DNA of 64,000 nucleotides from Raillietiella orientalis (Eukaryota). The stretch is taken from the NCBI GenBank assembly GCA_036172245.1, contig JAYWIR010000018.1, positions 3,100,001 to 3,164,000 on the forward strand, given 5' to 3'. The translations under genes and the position numbers were made by a program. Positions 13,101-24,141 of this stretch are shown in pieces; the stretch's first letter is position 1, and each line of letters opens with the position of its first letter. The notes below the pieces were generated by a model, which worked only from the letters and a program-made list of their open reading frames with translations, had not been told where the DNA came from and searched no databases.

Positions 13101-16100
13101 TGGTGCGGGGACGTCGTCTCCAGGTGGCGAATTTTCCTTCGCCAAAACGACCACCGGCAGCACGAGGGGGCATCCTCGACCCTTGCCCTTCTCCCCGCTT
13201 TTCCTGTCACCGGGTTCTCCCCTCCTCTGCTGGCGGAAAGGGGAGCAGGGGGGAGCTTGCGCGCCTTGAGCGCGTTCCCTGCGGCCCTGTCGCTCTCTCC
13301 CGGCTTCCTTGAAGCGCCCGCACGTGCCAGCTGTTCCGCCCTCCCCCTCCTCCGCTCCCGAGACCGACCGATTTGCAGCACCTGTCCCCAAGCAGCCGTG
13401 TCATTGGCTGGCGGCTCGCGTCGACTCGCGCGCGCGCGCGAGGCACGCGGGTCCGCGCGCGGCGTCCTTCCCGCCAGTGCCGAGCGAGCCCACCGGGCGG
13501 TCTACCGCGCTACTTCCCGTCCAACCGTTCGTTCCCTCCGCACGCGCGTCGCGGAGGAGCTCAAGGATCGGCCGGGCCCCAGAGAGCGGGGCTACCAACG
13601 AGGATGTTCGTCTGTCTCTCCGGCTTCGCGACCAGGTCAGTCCGCGCGCCCTTCTGGGCACCTCCCCTGCTTCCTGCCCTCGCGTGGCGCACATAGGGCA
13701 CGCCACTCACATCTCATCATCTTCCTCCTCCTCCTCCCTTCCTCTTTCCTTCCTCCCTTTCCTTACTCGAAGCTCCCTCCTTTTCTGTCCCCCTCCCCCT
13801 TTCCCCCCACCGCCTGCTCCCCGGCTTAAAATAAGCCGAGATTGCCGCGCGTGCCAAGAGCGGCGACGCCGGTTGCCTCCTATCTTGGCTGCCGGATGGT
13901 CGCTCTCTCTCTGCTCGCGCCCGCCGAGCTCTTCTCGCGCAAGCGCTAATAGGGAGCTAACCGGCTGAGGGAAGGAAGATGTTCCCTCCTTGCCCGCTCC
14001 TCCCCTTCCTCGGGTCCTCCCTCTCGACTCCCTGCGGCGCTCCTGAGTGTCACGCAGTCGGTCTGGCGGTGGCGGCGGGAGCGCCCACGGTTCCCGGGGT
14101 CCGCGGAGTGCGACGGCTGAGAAGACTCGGCCTCCCCCGCCTCCTCCCCATGGGGGCAGTGCCGCCGAGCGCTAGTCCTCCTCTCCTTTCTCCCAACTTC
14201 CTGGAGCTCGCGTTTCACCTCTCCCTGGCACTGCAAGTCGCGTCTTCTCCCCCCCCCCCCAACTTCTGCCGTCACTCCCCATTTCTTTCTTTTTGGTTCT
14301 CCATCGGCGGGTTCCTTTGCTCCGTTTCGCCGGCTGCCGTCTCCTCCTCTCTTTGTCTTCTTCGTCCTCCCCCTTGGCAGCTTTTGTCTCCTCCGTCGCG
14401 CATCTCTGGACGGCCCATCCGGCGGCGCCGTCGCGCCAGCGAGCAGTGGGCCGCGGCGACAAGGGGGAGGGAGCGAGGGGGAACGGTGCGGGAGGGCCTC
14501 CCTCACAAGACTCGTTCCTCACTGACGGCTGCCGGTGCGCTCCTTTCCCGTCCCCGACGATGCGAGGTGGCCTGCTGCCGCGGTTGAGCACAGGGCATCC
14601 CCAGTCGGCAGCAGACGAGACGGTGACCGCCCCCGCGATGGGATGCACCCATGCAGTCAGTCTCCCCCTTCCCTCTCCTCCTTTTCGCGGGAGAGGGGGA
14701 CCTGCAAAAGGGGAGCTGCGCGGGTAGGGAAAGGGACAGAAGAAAAAGAAGCGACAGGTGTCGCGATGGAGCAACCCCTTTCTTTTCCACTCCCTTTTTT
14801 TATTCTTCAGCACCCCCATTAAAAACCGCAGCTGCAGCAGCTGGGAGGAGGAGAGCTGCTGCCGTGACCCCGCGATCTGCCGAGCGACCACCAACACCCG
14901 GAACGAGGGCGGCGTCAGCGGCTGGACTCAGCTCTCCCTGCCCTGCTCGCGAGGTGTCCAGGACCTACAGACACTGCTCAGCCCGAGCCCATCCAGGAAG
15001 GCAGCGGCCATCCACTCGGAACATGCGCCCGGCAAGAGATCCCAGAACAGGTAAGTCATCATCCCTCCCTTCCTCCTCCTCTAAGCGTCGATTTCCATTA
15101 CCATCCTCTTCCCTCCCCTCTTCTTCCTCCTCATCGTTTCCCCCTCCTCCTCTTCTGTTCTTCCTCTCTTCCTGATTCATTTCTCTTTCACCCCTTCTTC
15201 CTCTTTCCTTTTACCTTCCTCCTCCTTTCATTTCCCACCTTCCTCCTCCATTCCTGCTCTTGCTCTTCCCCCATCCTCATCAACTTCCCCTCCTCCCTCC
15301 CCTTCCTTCTGTGCGATTCCTCGGCGTCGTTTCTTGTGGCTGCCGCGTCTTTCCCAGCTGACTCCTGCACAGGCCTCGGCGGTCCACGCCTCTTCACTCC
15401 TTCCTTCCTATCGGTCGCCGCGGCTTGACCTTTTCTGCCACTCGTTCAGCCCTCTTCCCCCCTTGAGCATCTCCTTCCGATCACCGCGGTTCTACACGTC
15501 TCCCTGTGCTCCTGCTCTCCCCCTCCGTGGAGGACCTTTCTCCCGCGGGCCACAAGTGCACGTTTTCCAGGTACGAACTCTCCGAGGATTTCCTGCAGAA
15601 ACAGGTCCAGTTTCTGGGACGGAAGTACGGGGAGAGGGCGTGGAAGGCCGCCATGACCATCCAGCGAGCGTACAGACAGTACGCCATGCAGAAGAAGTTC
15701 CAGGCCCTCATGCGTCCCACGTCCAAAGCGGAGAAGAGGGTCAGCCGCAGATACCATCGCCCTCTCGAGTGCTCTTCGATGGCCGGCGGCGCCCCCGAAG
15801 GAGCTGGCGAGTTCTGCCCTCCCGACTTCGACGCCAGTCGCCTCTCACCCGAGCCTCCTCCCACGCCGCCGAAGCAGCGGCAGACTCTCCGCGAGCCTAC
15901 CGCCGGCATCGTAGATGGCGTCCACCGCCGGCTGCTCCAGGCGCCTTGCCCTTCGCTCGACGGCCGCTTCACTCTGGGCCACCTCCCGCGTCAGGAGGAA
16001 CCGTCCGGCTCTTCGCTCCGTCCTCCCGCGGCACTCCTGCAAGGCTCCCTGCCTGACGGACAGCGTTCCCTGGGCGGGAGCGACTTCTTCCGCTATCACG

Positions 16101-19100
16101 GCGGCTGCAGCTGCAGCAACAGCAGCTCCGGAGTCGGCGAAATGTCGGTAAGAAAGCAGCAGCGCAACAAGGTCCCCACCCCCCAGGGAAGGGCAACCCC
16201 CTGCGACCTAACGCAGCATCGCGCTTTGCTTGGAGTGAGGGGAAATGGGGAGGGGGTCCTCGGCTGAGGGATGTGGGACTGCAAAAGAAAGACTCCTCCG
16301 CCCTTCGAAGAAGCGCGGGTGCAAGGAGGAGGAAGAGGAGGACACGAAGGAAAAAACTACTGGACCCTCCCGGAATGAACCCTCCACGCAGATGGAGAGT
16401 TGGGACGAAAGGGAGCCTCCATCCTGAAAAGGACAGGGAGCGGCAGCGCCGCTTCACTTCGAGGTCGTAAGAAGGGAACCGCCGTCTTCGCCTGCTCCCA
16501 TCCGCCGCCCCCACGGGGCCGGAGTTTCCAAAGAGTCCCGCCAGGAGTGCCCCTGCCTCCGCCGGAGCCCAACTAAGGCGGAGCACCGTGAGCTTCCACT
16601 CAGTCTGCGGAGCGCTGCAGGTCGAGCCGCGACCAGACTGCGGAGGGATGGACGTCTTCTCCTAAACCCATGGACAGCCCGTTCGCCCTTCCGTCCTGCC
16701 CTCTTTTTATTCGATGCCCTCGAGTTCCTCCTGCCAGCAGCCGCCGGAAACAAGGAGGAGGTTCTCGCCCTCTTTCCCGGTTCTACTGGAGACGTCCGCC
16801 TTCCTCGCTGCCCCCGCGAACGAGCCCAGCCTCCCACGCAATCCGCAGAAGCGCTTGCTATCCTCCGGCCTCCGCTTCCTCCCCCACGTGGAGTCCTCCT
16901 CGGCTCGGTTCCCGTTATCTCTCCTTTCCTTCCTCCTTCCCTCCATCAACCCTCTGCCGTTCCTTCCTTTCTTGCGCCTCCTCCGTGAGACTCTCTGGTC
17001 CTTGCCTGCCCCGCCTGCTGCAAAAGAAGCGCCCCTCGGGGAGGAATTCGGTCATCCTTGGTTGCTTGGATGAGTTGCTTTGGCAACAAGGAGTTCGGTG
17101 CTGCCTCGCGCACGCGTCTTCGCCCTCTTACGTGCGAGGAGTCCGGGGAAGGCAGAGTCCCTCGTAAGCTGCCGAGGGAACCGCCCTCGTCACGCCTGCA
17201 GCCTTTCCCGAGGAGCAACAGCTGCTGTCGGACGGGGCTGGACTTTCCGCGATGAGATCAGGTCTTCCTGCGCTCCCTTTTTGGTCTCTCCCCTTTTTCC
17301 GCCCTCTCCAGGTGGACTCTGCGCCCTCCTCTTCCTCCGCTCGAGGGAATGGATGGGGAGGAGCAGTCTCTCGCTTAGAGCTCCCTAGGGACACTTCGAA
17401 ACAGGAGGGTGGAGTGGAATGCCGGCCTCCTCCTCCCCCACCTCTCGCCCACCCCTTGTCTCCCGGGTAGTTAGTCGGCACGGGGTCGCGGAAGAGAGAC
17501 AACCCAGAAGGAGGAAAGGGAGAGTCGTGGACCGTCCCTCTTCTTGCTGGCGGCGGCTGCATCGTCGAGCGCCTGGGGCTCCCGGGCGGGCTCATGCAGC
17601 CGAGGACCCGTGAGGGCGTGCCGGGCGCAAGCGGCTGCCTCTGTGGCCTGTTTTCCAGGACGGAGCGCCGCGAGCGAGCGCCACCTCCCTCCCTCGGAGC
17701 GCGGCGGATCTATGGGACTCGACCACCCCTCTCCGCCCGCCCCCTCCTTTTTCCTCCCCTCCTCGCTGCACCTATCCGGCCGTTCCAGGTCTGCTGGCCG
17801 CGCGTCGCCGGCGACTGTGACGTGAGCCTGGCGTTCTCCTGCGCCGGGAAGGAAGCCGGGAGCTCGCTGCTGTCCCTGCCGTCCCGCGCCTCGGACAGGA
17901 CATTCTCCCCCTCCTCCTCCTGCAGCTGCAGCTGCTGCTCCTGTTCTTCTGCCCCATCCCCCTCCTTTCCGTGGCATCCGGCAGGGCCGGAGGCTGCGGC
18001 GGGAGCGTCTTCGCCCGCCGCCGCTCCCGTGGTCCCTCGAAGGACGTCCTCCGCCGCCCGCAAGTCCAGGAGGGCTCTCCACGGGGAGCCCGCGAGCCCC
18101 GCCGTCGCCTCCTCCCCCGCTCCCTTTCCGAGCGTGGGGTTCCCGGAGGGAAGCGCCAGCGAGACCGCCGCCCGCGCAGCCCCGCCGAAGAGACGCGGCG
18201 ACGGGGACGAGGAAGGGCCGGCACCGCTACCTTCGGCGCCATCGCCTGGCTCCGCGGTCACTCTGGCGACGGCCTACGGTGCGGCGACGGCTTCTCCCGG
18301 GAAGCAGCAGCAGCAGCAGCAGGTAAACCGCGCGCGCGCGATCTCCCGCCCCCGGGAGGGGAGGGAGGATCACCTGCTCCGTCGCAAACTGGGGCCGCCC
18401 GCGGTTCTCCCGCTCGAGGACGACGACGCGGGACCGATCCCCACCGCCTCGCGTCTCCTCCCTCGGGAATCCCCGAATCCTGGCGAGTGTTGGCCTTTCT
18501 TTTCCGCATCCGTCATCCCAGGTTTAGCGGGGGGTGCGCCCCTTCCGTTTTCCTTTCGCTCCCGAGTGAGCGAAAGGAAGCAAGGCGACTCCTCCTCCAA
18601 GGCCGCCGCCCGCTTCCCCTCCACTTGGGCTTGCTTTCATCTCCCCTGTCGATCTCGATCTGTTCCGGAGGGAGAAGCTGGTCCGCTCGTCGGCCTCCTT
18701 GTTGCTCCCCTCCTCCTCCCTCCCTTCCGGAGGCGAAGACAGCGCGCCGTCCAGCACCCTACTGGATGCCGCGTCTGTTTTTGTCCACCTCCTCCTCGTC
18801 GTCGTCGTCCTTTCGCGGCGTCTTCCAGCGGAGGTCGCGTTTCCCCAGGACAGACTGACATCGAGGAAAAGCTGTGGAACGACCAGAGGGGAGGCAAAGC
18901 CTCGGGAAGAGCTCGTTGCTGCCGCTGCCGGCTACCACCACGACGGATGCAGAAGCCTGTGCCGGCCAGCATCCTTGCCAGCCCTCGCCTCGTGGAGGCA
19001 GTGGCGAGCTTGAGGGCGGTGGCCCCATGGGATCCCATCCTTGCGTGCGCCCCACGGGACGAGAGATTGGGGCGACAGAGAGCGTTCCGCTTCTCTCAGC

Positions 19101-22100
19101 ATCTCCGCTTCTGCATCCTTCGACGCAAGGATGAGAGTTCCCGCCGCTCCTTGCCGCGGGGAGGGGAGAAGTTTCGCGTAGCATAGGGGCGCTTCGCTGC
19201 CTCCAGGCGTCCAGCTCGGAAACTGCGTCACCCTGCATCTGCAGGAACGCTCCGTAAGATCACATGGCGGTTTCGCGCGCCCACGTCCACGGCAGCTCGG
19301 GAGACGACGACACTTGCGTGAGGAAGGACCGCATGAGGGCCAGCGCGGGGCATCGACGACCTTGCGTGGCGCCTCGGCTGTATGCAGGACGTGCGGCAGG
19401 CGGCCTTACGTGCGGCAGCAGCGCCCTGACGATCCTGTCTGACGCCTCCGCTGCGTGCAAGAGGTACGACGGCCTTACATGTGGCAGGAGCGCACTCACG
19501 ATCCTGTGTGACATCGGACAGAACGGCAGGAGCGTCCTCGCGATCCTGCGTGACGGCTCGACTATGTGCAGGACTTGCGACGGCTTTACGTGACGTTGGC
19601 ACCAGACTATCAGAGACACCTTGAGTCACGCCGACCAGCACGTACAAGGCGCACGTCGTGCGTACAGGACGCGTGGCGCTGACGATGCTTGTCTTGCGCC
19701 GTTGGTGGTGCATTTCCGGAGCGCGTGTTGACGGTGCTGGCCGTCGCTTTGACGATGTGAGCCTGTCACTGCTTGTATCGCGTGCTCTGTAGGAACGTCA
19801 GTAAACATCATTTCCCTTACTGCTCTTGCAGATGTCCGAAAACCTCACAAAGAGAAAATACCGCGTGGGGTTGAACCTGTTCAACAAGAAGCCTGATAAA
19901 GGGATTGCTTACCTCATTAAGATGAGATTCCTGGAGAACTCCCCACAGGCAGTCGCCAAGTTCCTCATGACCAGGAAAGGCCTCAGCAAGCAGATGATAG
20001 GAGAATATCTGGGCAACATTCAGAACCAGTTCAACATGACTGTGTTGGAGTAAGTAGCCTTCTCGCCTTCTTCTGCCTTGTCCATCGTCTGGATGTCTTT
20101 CGCTTCTTGTCCTTTTTGGTTTCGTGGGAATCATCGCGGAAGCCCAAGGTTGCTCCAAAGCTCAGTACGTGGCTGGTTTTCAGGTCTTTCTCAAGAGAAG
20201 TAGATCTTCGATCTACCCATTTGGACGTGGGTCTGAGGAAATTCCAGACCTACTTCCGCATGCCAGGCGAAGCTCAGAAAATCGAGAGACTCATGGAAAT
20301 GTTTGCACTGCAGTACATCCAGTGCAACCCTCACATGCTGACAAAGTTCCGAAACGCAAAAGATACGATATTAGTGTTGGCTTTCGCCATAGTGATGCTC
20401 AACACCGATCTCCATTCTCCGTGCGTGAAATCCGATAAGAAAATGAAGGCAGACGAATTCCTGAGAAACCTGCGTTGTGTCGATGATGGATCTGACGTGG
20501 AGAAGGAAATGCTGCTGGGAATCTATGAGAGGATCAAAGCCAACGAATTTCGACCTTCACCTGACCACGTCAACCAGGTGCTCAAAGTGGAACAGTCGAT
20601 TGTTGGAAAAAAACAGGTAAGTGGCATGCCGCGACTTTTGCTAATGGGAAACACACTGAGGCGCTTTTTGGTAGCTGCAAAAGTGCCGCATGTCCATTTG
20701 CAGAAAGGGTAGTTGCGTTCTGGCAATACGTTAATGGCAGCCAGACATCCGTCTTTCGTTATGCTTGGAGGAAGCGAGCGTAAATCTCGCAAGTATTGAA
20801 TGCACGGCATTGAATTAGATGCACAAAAGCACAGGAAGCACGCCGTACTGTTCAGTCGCACCGTTTCGCCGCTCCCGCGTCGACGAAATGTCGAAGCGGC
20901 GACACGCAGGATCACCACCGTTTTGCGCGCGCGCGCGCACTCGCGCAGCTTCATTGTTGCGAAGCAGCAGCTCACGTGCGTCCGGTAAACGCAGGGGTGC
21001 CAACAGGCTCTTCACATTTTCGTTTGTTCGCGATTTTCGCGCTCAATTTCTTGTTCTCCCGTAAACGTTCGTCTCACGTTTGCCGAAGTCTTGCGATGAT
21101 TTCATACTCTGTCTCTCATTTTCCATGCTCTCTTTTCTCTTTCGCATGCGTTTTTACTGATGAGCAAGGTTACAAGGAGCACGGACGATTAATTATTGTA
21201 TAATTGCTGCTTCCATTTCTTGTTCGTGGGATGGTTGGAAAACCCAGGATTCCGAGCACTGCCTTCCAGCTTGCACTTTCGTGAGAATGCCTTTTTCTTT
21301 TTTTCCACCTTTCATTTTCTACACAGTTTTATTTCTAGCCCATTTCCGTTCCTTTGCATTTTGTGTTACATAAGCGATGCATGAAATTCCTATCGCGATC
21401 TCTTTTAGTTAGTCTCAAGAGAGGAAGACGTAAAAAGGAAAAACAGACAACAAACAGTGATGCTAATTACTCAACAACCGTTTATGCTCCTGTGTTATGC
21501 AATTCCTTTCATAATCAAAACCGGATATCCATTGCGTTTCTGAAGTAACGGTAAGCTCGGCTTGACGCAGAGTAAACCACATCTTGAATTTTTTAACGTG
21601 TTTGAGATCGAGATGAAACTTTTTTGAACCTGGGAAAAACGTGGAAGGCAAGCTGCCAGGCTCAGGTGTTGGATTATTTGGTGCAAAAATGAAAATCAGG
21701 CAGTATAGCTTCGGATGAATGGTAGTGTGTGTGTCCGTGCCTGTGTCCTCCTTGTGTGATCAGCATTCTTTGTATTTGTTGCTTTCATCGTGCAAACAAG
21801 GCATTAAGGGTTTTGGATATTGAAACGAATGCGCTTGGCCGCAGGAACAAACAGCAGCACGCACACACACACACGCGCAAAAGAGCACCAGGAAAATGGG
21901 CATAAAAGATTTGACTCCGTGCTCATCTCGAAAGATTCGGGCTTTCCCGAATGAGATTTGTTTTTCGGGTTGTCAGCTACAGATCCAGCGTGCAGATTGG
22001 GCATACAGAGAAAATGGTGCGTTTGCGTAACGAAGATCAAGTAGTGCTGCAGTCTTTTTCGTGTCCGCGCGCGCGCGCGTTTTTGATGGATTTGGTATAC

Positions 22101-23845
22101 TGACCGTTCAACTCCCGAGTAATTGTTCAGTGCTCACGAGTGAATGAAGTTGCAGCAGGACACTGGGCATTTACACTGTGTGCCGTTCACAAGCGCGAAA
22201 TAGTGTAGGGGCCCGCTCACGAGCCCGGTAGCACGCGCGCGCGGTAGCATTGTTGAGCCGCAGGAGCTCCCGCGCGTACGCTAGACTCAAGAGTGCCAGA
22301 AAACTTTCTCCGGAGGCTTTTTTTTGAAAAGGAAACGAAAAGAGGGAAACAAAAATGCAAAGCTCCGGAAAGTGCTTCTTTATTCTTTTTATTTCTTTGG
22401 CCACGCCAGATCGCTGTTTACGGTCACGTGCAGCTCGAGCTATTAGGTTTCCTTAACGGGTGAACTCTGGCTAAAATAAAAAAGATTCGTCTCTTGCGAG
22501 TCTGACGAACTGCCGTTCAAGGAAAGTGGTAGCAAGAAGGGAATCGCTTTCACCACACGAAGGAGTCCGCAAGGTCGAATGTTCTCTTCAAGTCGAGATC
22601 TGAGGTGGTTTGCTGAACTCGACCCTTTGCGGACGGCGTCATCGAAGTTCGCTGGTCTCTAACCGCGCTGCTGCTGCTGCCGCGGCTCCTCTCACCTCGC
22701 CGCGGATGCGTTCTCACCGAATCAGGTCAGGGGAAGTTTACGACGTGTCTCCCGAAAAAGTTTGCGACAAATAATCTCGTTTGCCTCTGGGATGGAACTG
22801 TGCATCGTCTCGTTCCTCGTGCGAGCGCAGATTCCTTGCGCCGATTCCTTCGTGTTTCTTGGCCGTCTAACTTCACTCCTCGCGCTCGGTGGTGTCACTG
22901 CGCAGTACCGCTCCCCATATGTCTTCGTCCCTGCTTGTGCATCGTCTCCTAGAGCTTCGCCGTGCCGCACCGTCGTCTCGTATGCTACTGTCGCCTCTAC
23001 GAAGTGCCCGACAGCTGCCGCAAGGAGCGCCACGGCCTGCACCAGAGAGAGGTCTTCCTCTTCAACGACCTCCTGGTTGTGACGAAGCTGCAAGGCAAGA
23101 AGAAGTCCTCCGTCACGTACACCTTTCGGAAGAGCTTCCCTCTGGTCAAGCTGAAGGTCATCTTACTTAAGAACGCCTGTAGGTCTTTCCGTTTCCGCCC
23201 GTGGAGAGGCCTCGCTCTCTCCCGTAGATTACATGCACCTGATCAAGATCATAGACAGGATTTCCGGGAGGACGCTAATCGTTTTCAACGCCAGGAACGA
23301 GCACGACCGGCAGAACTTCTCAGAGGACCTGAGGGAGTCCATCTGCGAGATGGACGAAATGGACAACTTCCGGATAGAGCAAGAGCTGGAGAAGCAGGCG
23401 GCCTGCAGGTCGTCGCGCCTATCGGACAACAGGGACAGCGGCATCGCGGATGTGGAGCTGTGCTCGGAGTCCTTGGACGCGGCGTCCCTCAAGAGGTCAA
23501 CCCTGTCCAACTCGCTGCTGGTTATCCCCGACGGAGGTAATTTCCGGTTGCCCGCTCCCCGGCGTGGTGTAAAGTCTCCTCCCCCCCGCGCGAGCACGCA
23601 CGGCCATTATCCGTGCTCTCCTTGTTTTAGATGGGAAGCTGAGGAGGAGGAACAGCGTCGGTTCCCTGGATTCGGGGATGTCCGTGTCGTTCCATTCCAC
23701 GTCCAACTCTACTGCCAGCAGGGCGTCCTCCCCACAGAATCTGTCTGCGTCGCAGACCTTTCCCTCCCTCGGCCAGGAGCCACCGCGCTGCAGGCCTTGC
23801 GGCATGGTTCCGTGCCGCTGCCTTCCCCCCAAGGACGGCACGTGA
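10002..23845 (+). CDS. IQSEC: IQ motif and Sec7 domain Arf-GEF (IQSEC/BRAG; Drosophila schizo/loner-like). Exon model: 10002-10177, 14811-15050, 15571-16147, 17789-18322, 19832-20049, 20184-20616, 22953-23178, 23228-23536, 23631-23845 (975 aa)
   Basis: IQ region [32 protein letters not shown]; Sec7 [28 protein letters not shown] and catalytic [59 protein letters not shown]; tail [10 protein letters not shown] and [13 protein letters not shown]. All junctions are GT-AG with matching phases; total 2928 nt is divisible by 3. Confidence 0.93.
12040..12270. repeat. Long polypyrimidine low-complexity tract (similar tracts at ~11240-11380 and 15060-15330)
   Basis: Almost exclusively C/T on the + strand for more than 200 nt. 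Confidence 0.85.
14811..15050 (+). CDS. IQSEC: Candidate IQSEC exon upstream of the IQ exon
   Basis: Polypyrimidine tract plus TTCAG acceptor, open frame, donor CAG|GTAAGT at 15051, phase 2/2. Confidence 0.55.
15571..16147 (+). CDS. IQSEC: IQSEC exon encoding the IQ motif
   Basis: TTTTCCAG acceptor; [43 protein letters not shown]; donor TCG|GTAAGA. Confidence 0.9.
17789..18322 (+). CDS. IQSEC: IQSEC low-complexity linker exon
   Basis: TTCCAG acceptor, 534 nt open, phase 0/0, donor [18 protein letters not shown] resembles the VPKRTSS linker motif I recall from arthropod schizo proteins. Confidence 0.7.
19290..19700. repeat. Degenerate ~69-bp minisatellite in an IQSEC intron
   Basis: Recurrent GGCCTTAC.TG.GGCAG.AGCGC.CT.ACGATCCTG..TGAC units; 4-5 copies, some truncated. 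Confidence 0.75.
19832..20049 (+). CDS. IQSEC: IQSEC Sec7 exon 1
   Basis: [22 protein letters not shown]...[19 protein letters not shown] acceptor and GTAAGT donor. Confidence 0.96.
20184..20616 (+). CDS. IQSEC: IQSEC Sec7 exon 2 (glutamate finger)
   Basis: [24 protein letters not shown]...[13 protein letters not shown]...[24 protein letters not shown] acceptor, GTAAGT donor. Confidence 0.96.
22953..23178 (+). CDS. IQSEC: IQSEC PH exon 1
   Basis: [17 protein letters not shown]...[16 protein letters not shown]; followed by a 49-nt GT-AG intron (23179-23227). Confidence 0.95.
23228..23536 (+). CDS. IQSEC: IQSEC PH exon 2 and coiled coil
   Basis: [41 protein letters not shown]...[10 protein letters not shown]...[10 protein letters not shown]. 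Confidence 0.95.
23631..23845 (+). CDS. IQSEC: IQSEC terminal coding exon
   Basis: TTTTAG acceptor; [22 protein letters not shown] at 23843-23845. Confidence 0.85.
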
Positions 23846-24135
23846 GCGGCTCTGGGAGGCGGCCCTGATCCTCCCCATCCAGGAACCCCTCGCACCCCGC
23901 CCTCCGCCACGCCCTTCCCCTGCGCGCCGGCAATCCCGGCGTGGGAAAGTTCCGGACGGTTCCACGCCTGTCCTCAGCTAGTCGTTGACATTTCCAAGCG
24001 GAAGAAGGTGATATTTTTGTACTGAAGATTTTTACTGGACCACGCGGCCCCGACGAAGTGTGGGCGAAGAAAGAAGAACGCGGTGGTGACCTCCCTTGCA
24101 CGGTGGCGCAACTATAGAACCGTCGATGCGATGTA

Positions 24136-24141
24136 AATAAA
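24136..24141 (+). promoter_or_regulatory. Candidate IQSEC polyadenylation signal
   Basis: AATAAA about 290 nt after the stop codon, in otherwise GC-rich sequence. Confidence 0.45.

Noticed and set aside
13822..13838. MEF2 site in CGGCTTAAAATAAGCCG, tempting because schizo/loner acts in myoblast fusion
   Set aside because: It does not match YTAWWWWTAR and is only a 7-bp palindrome.
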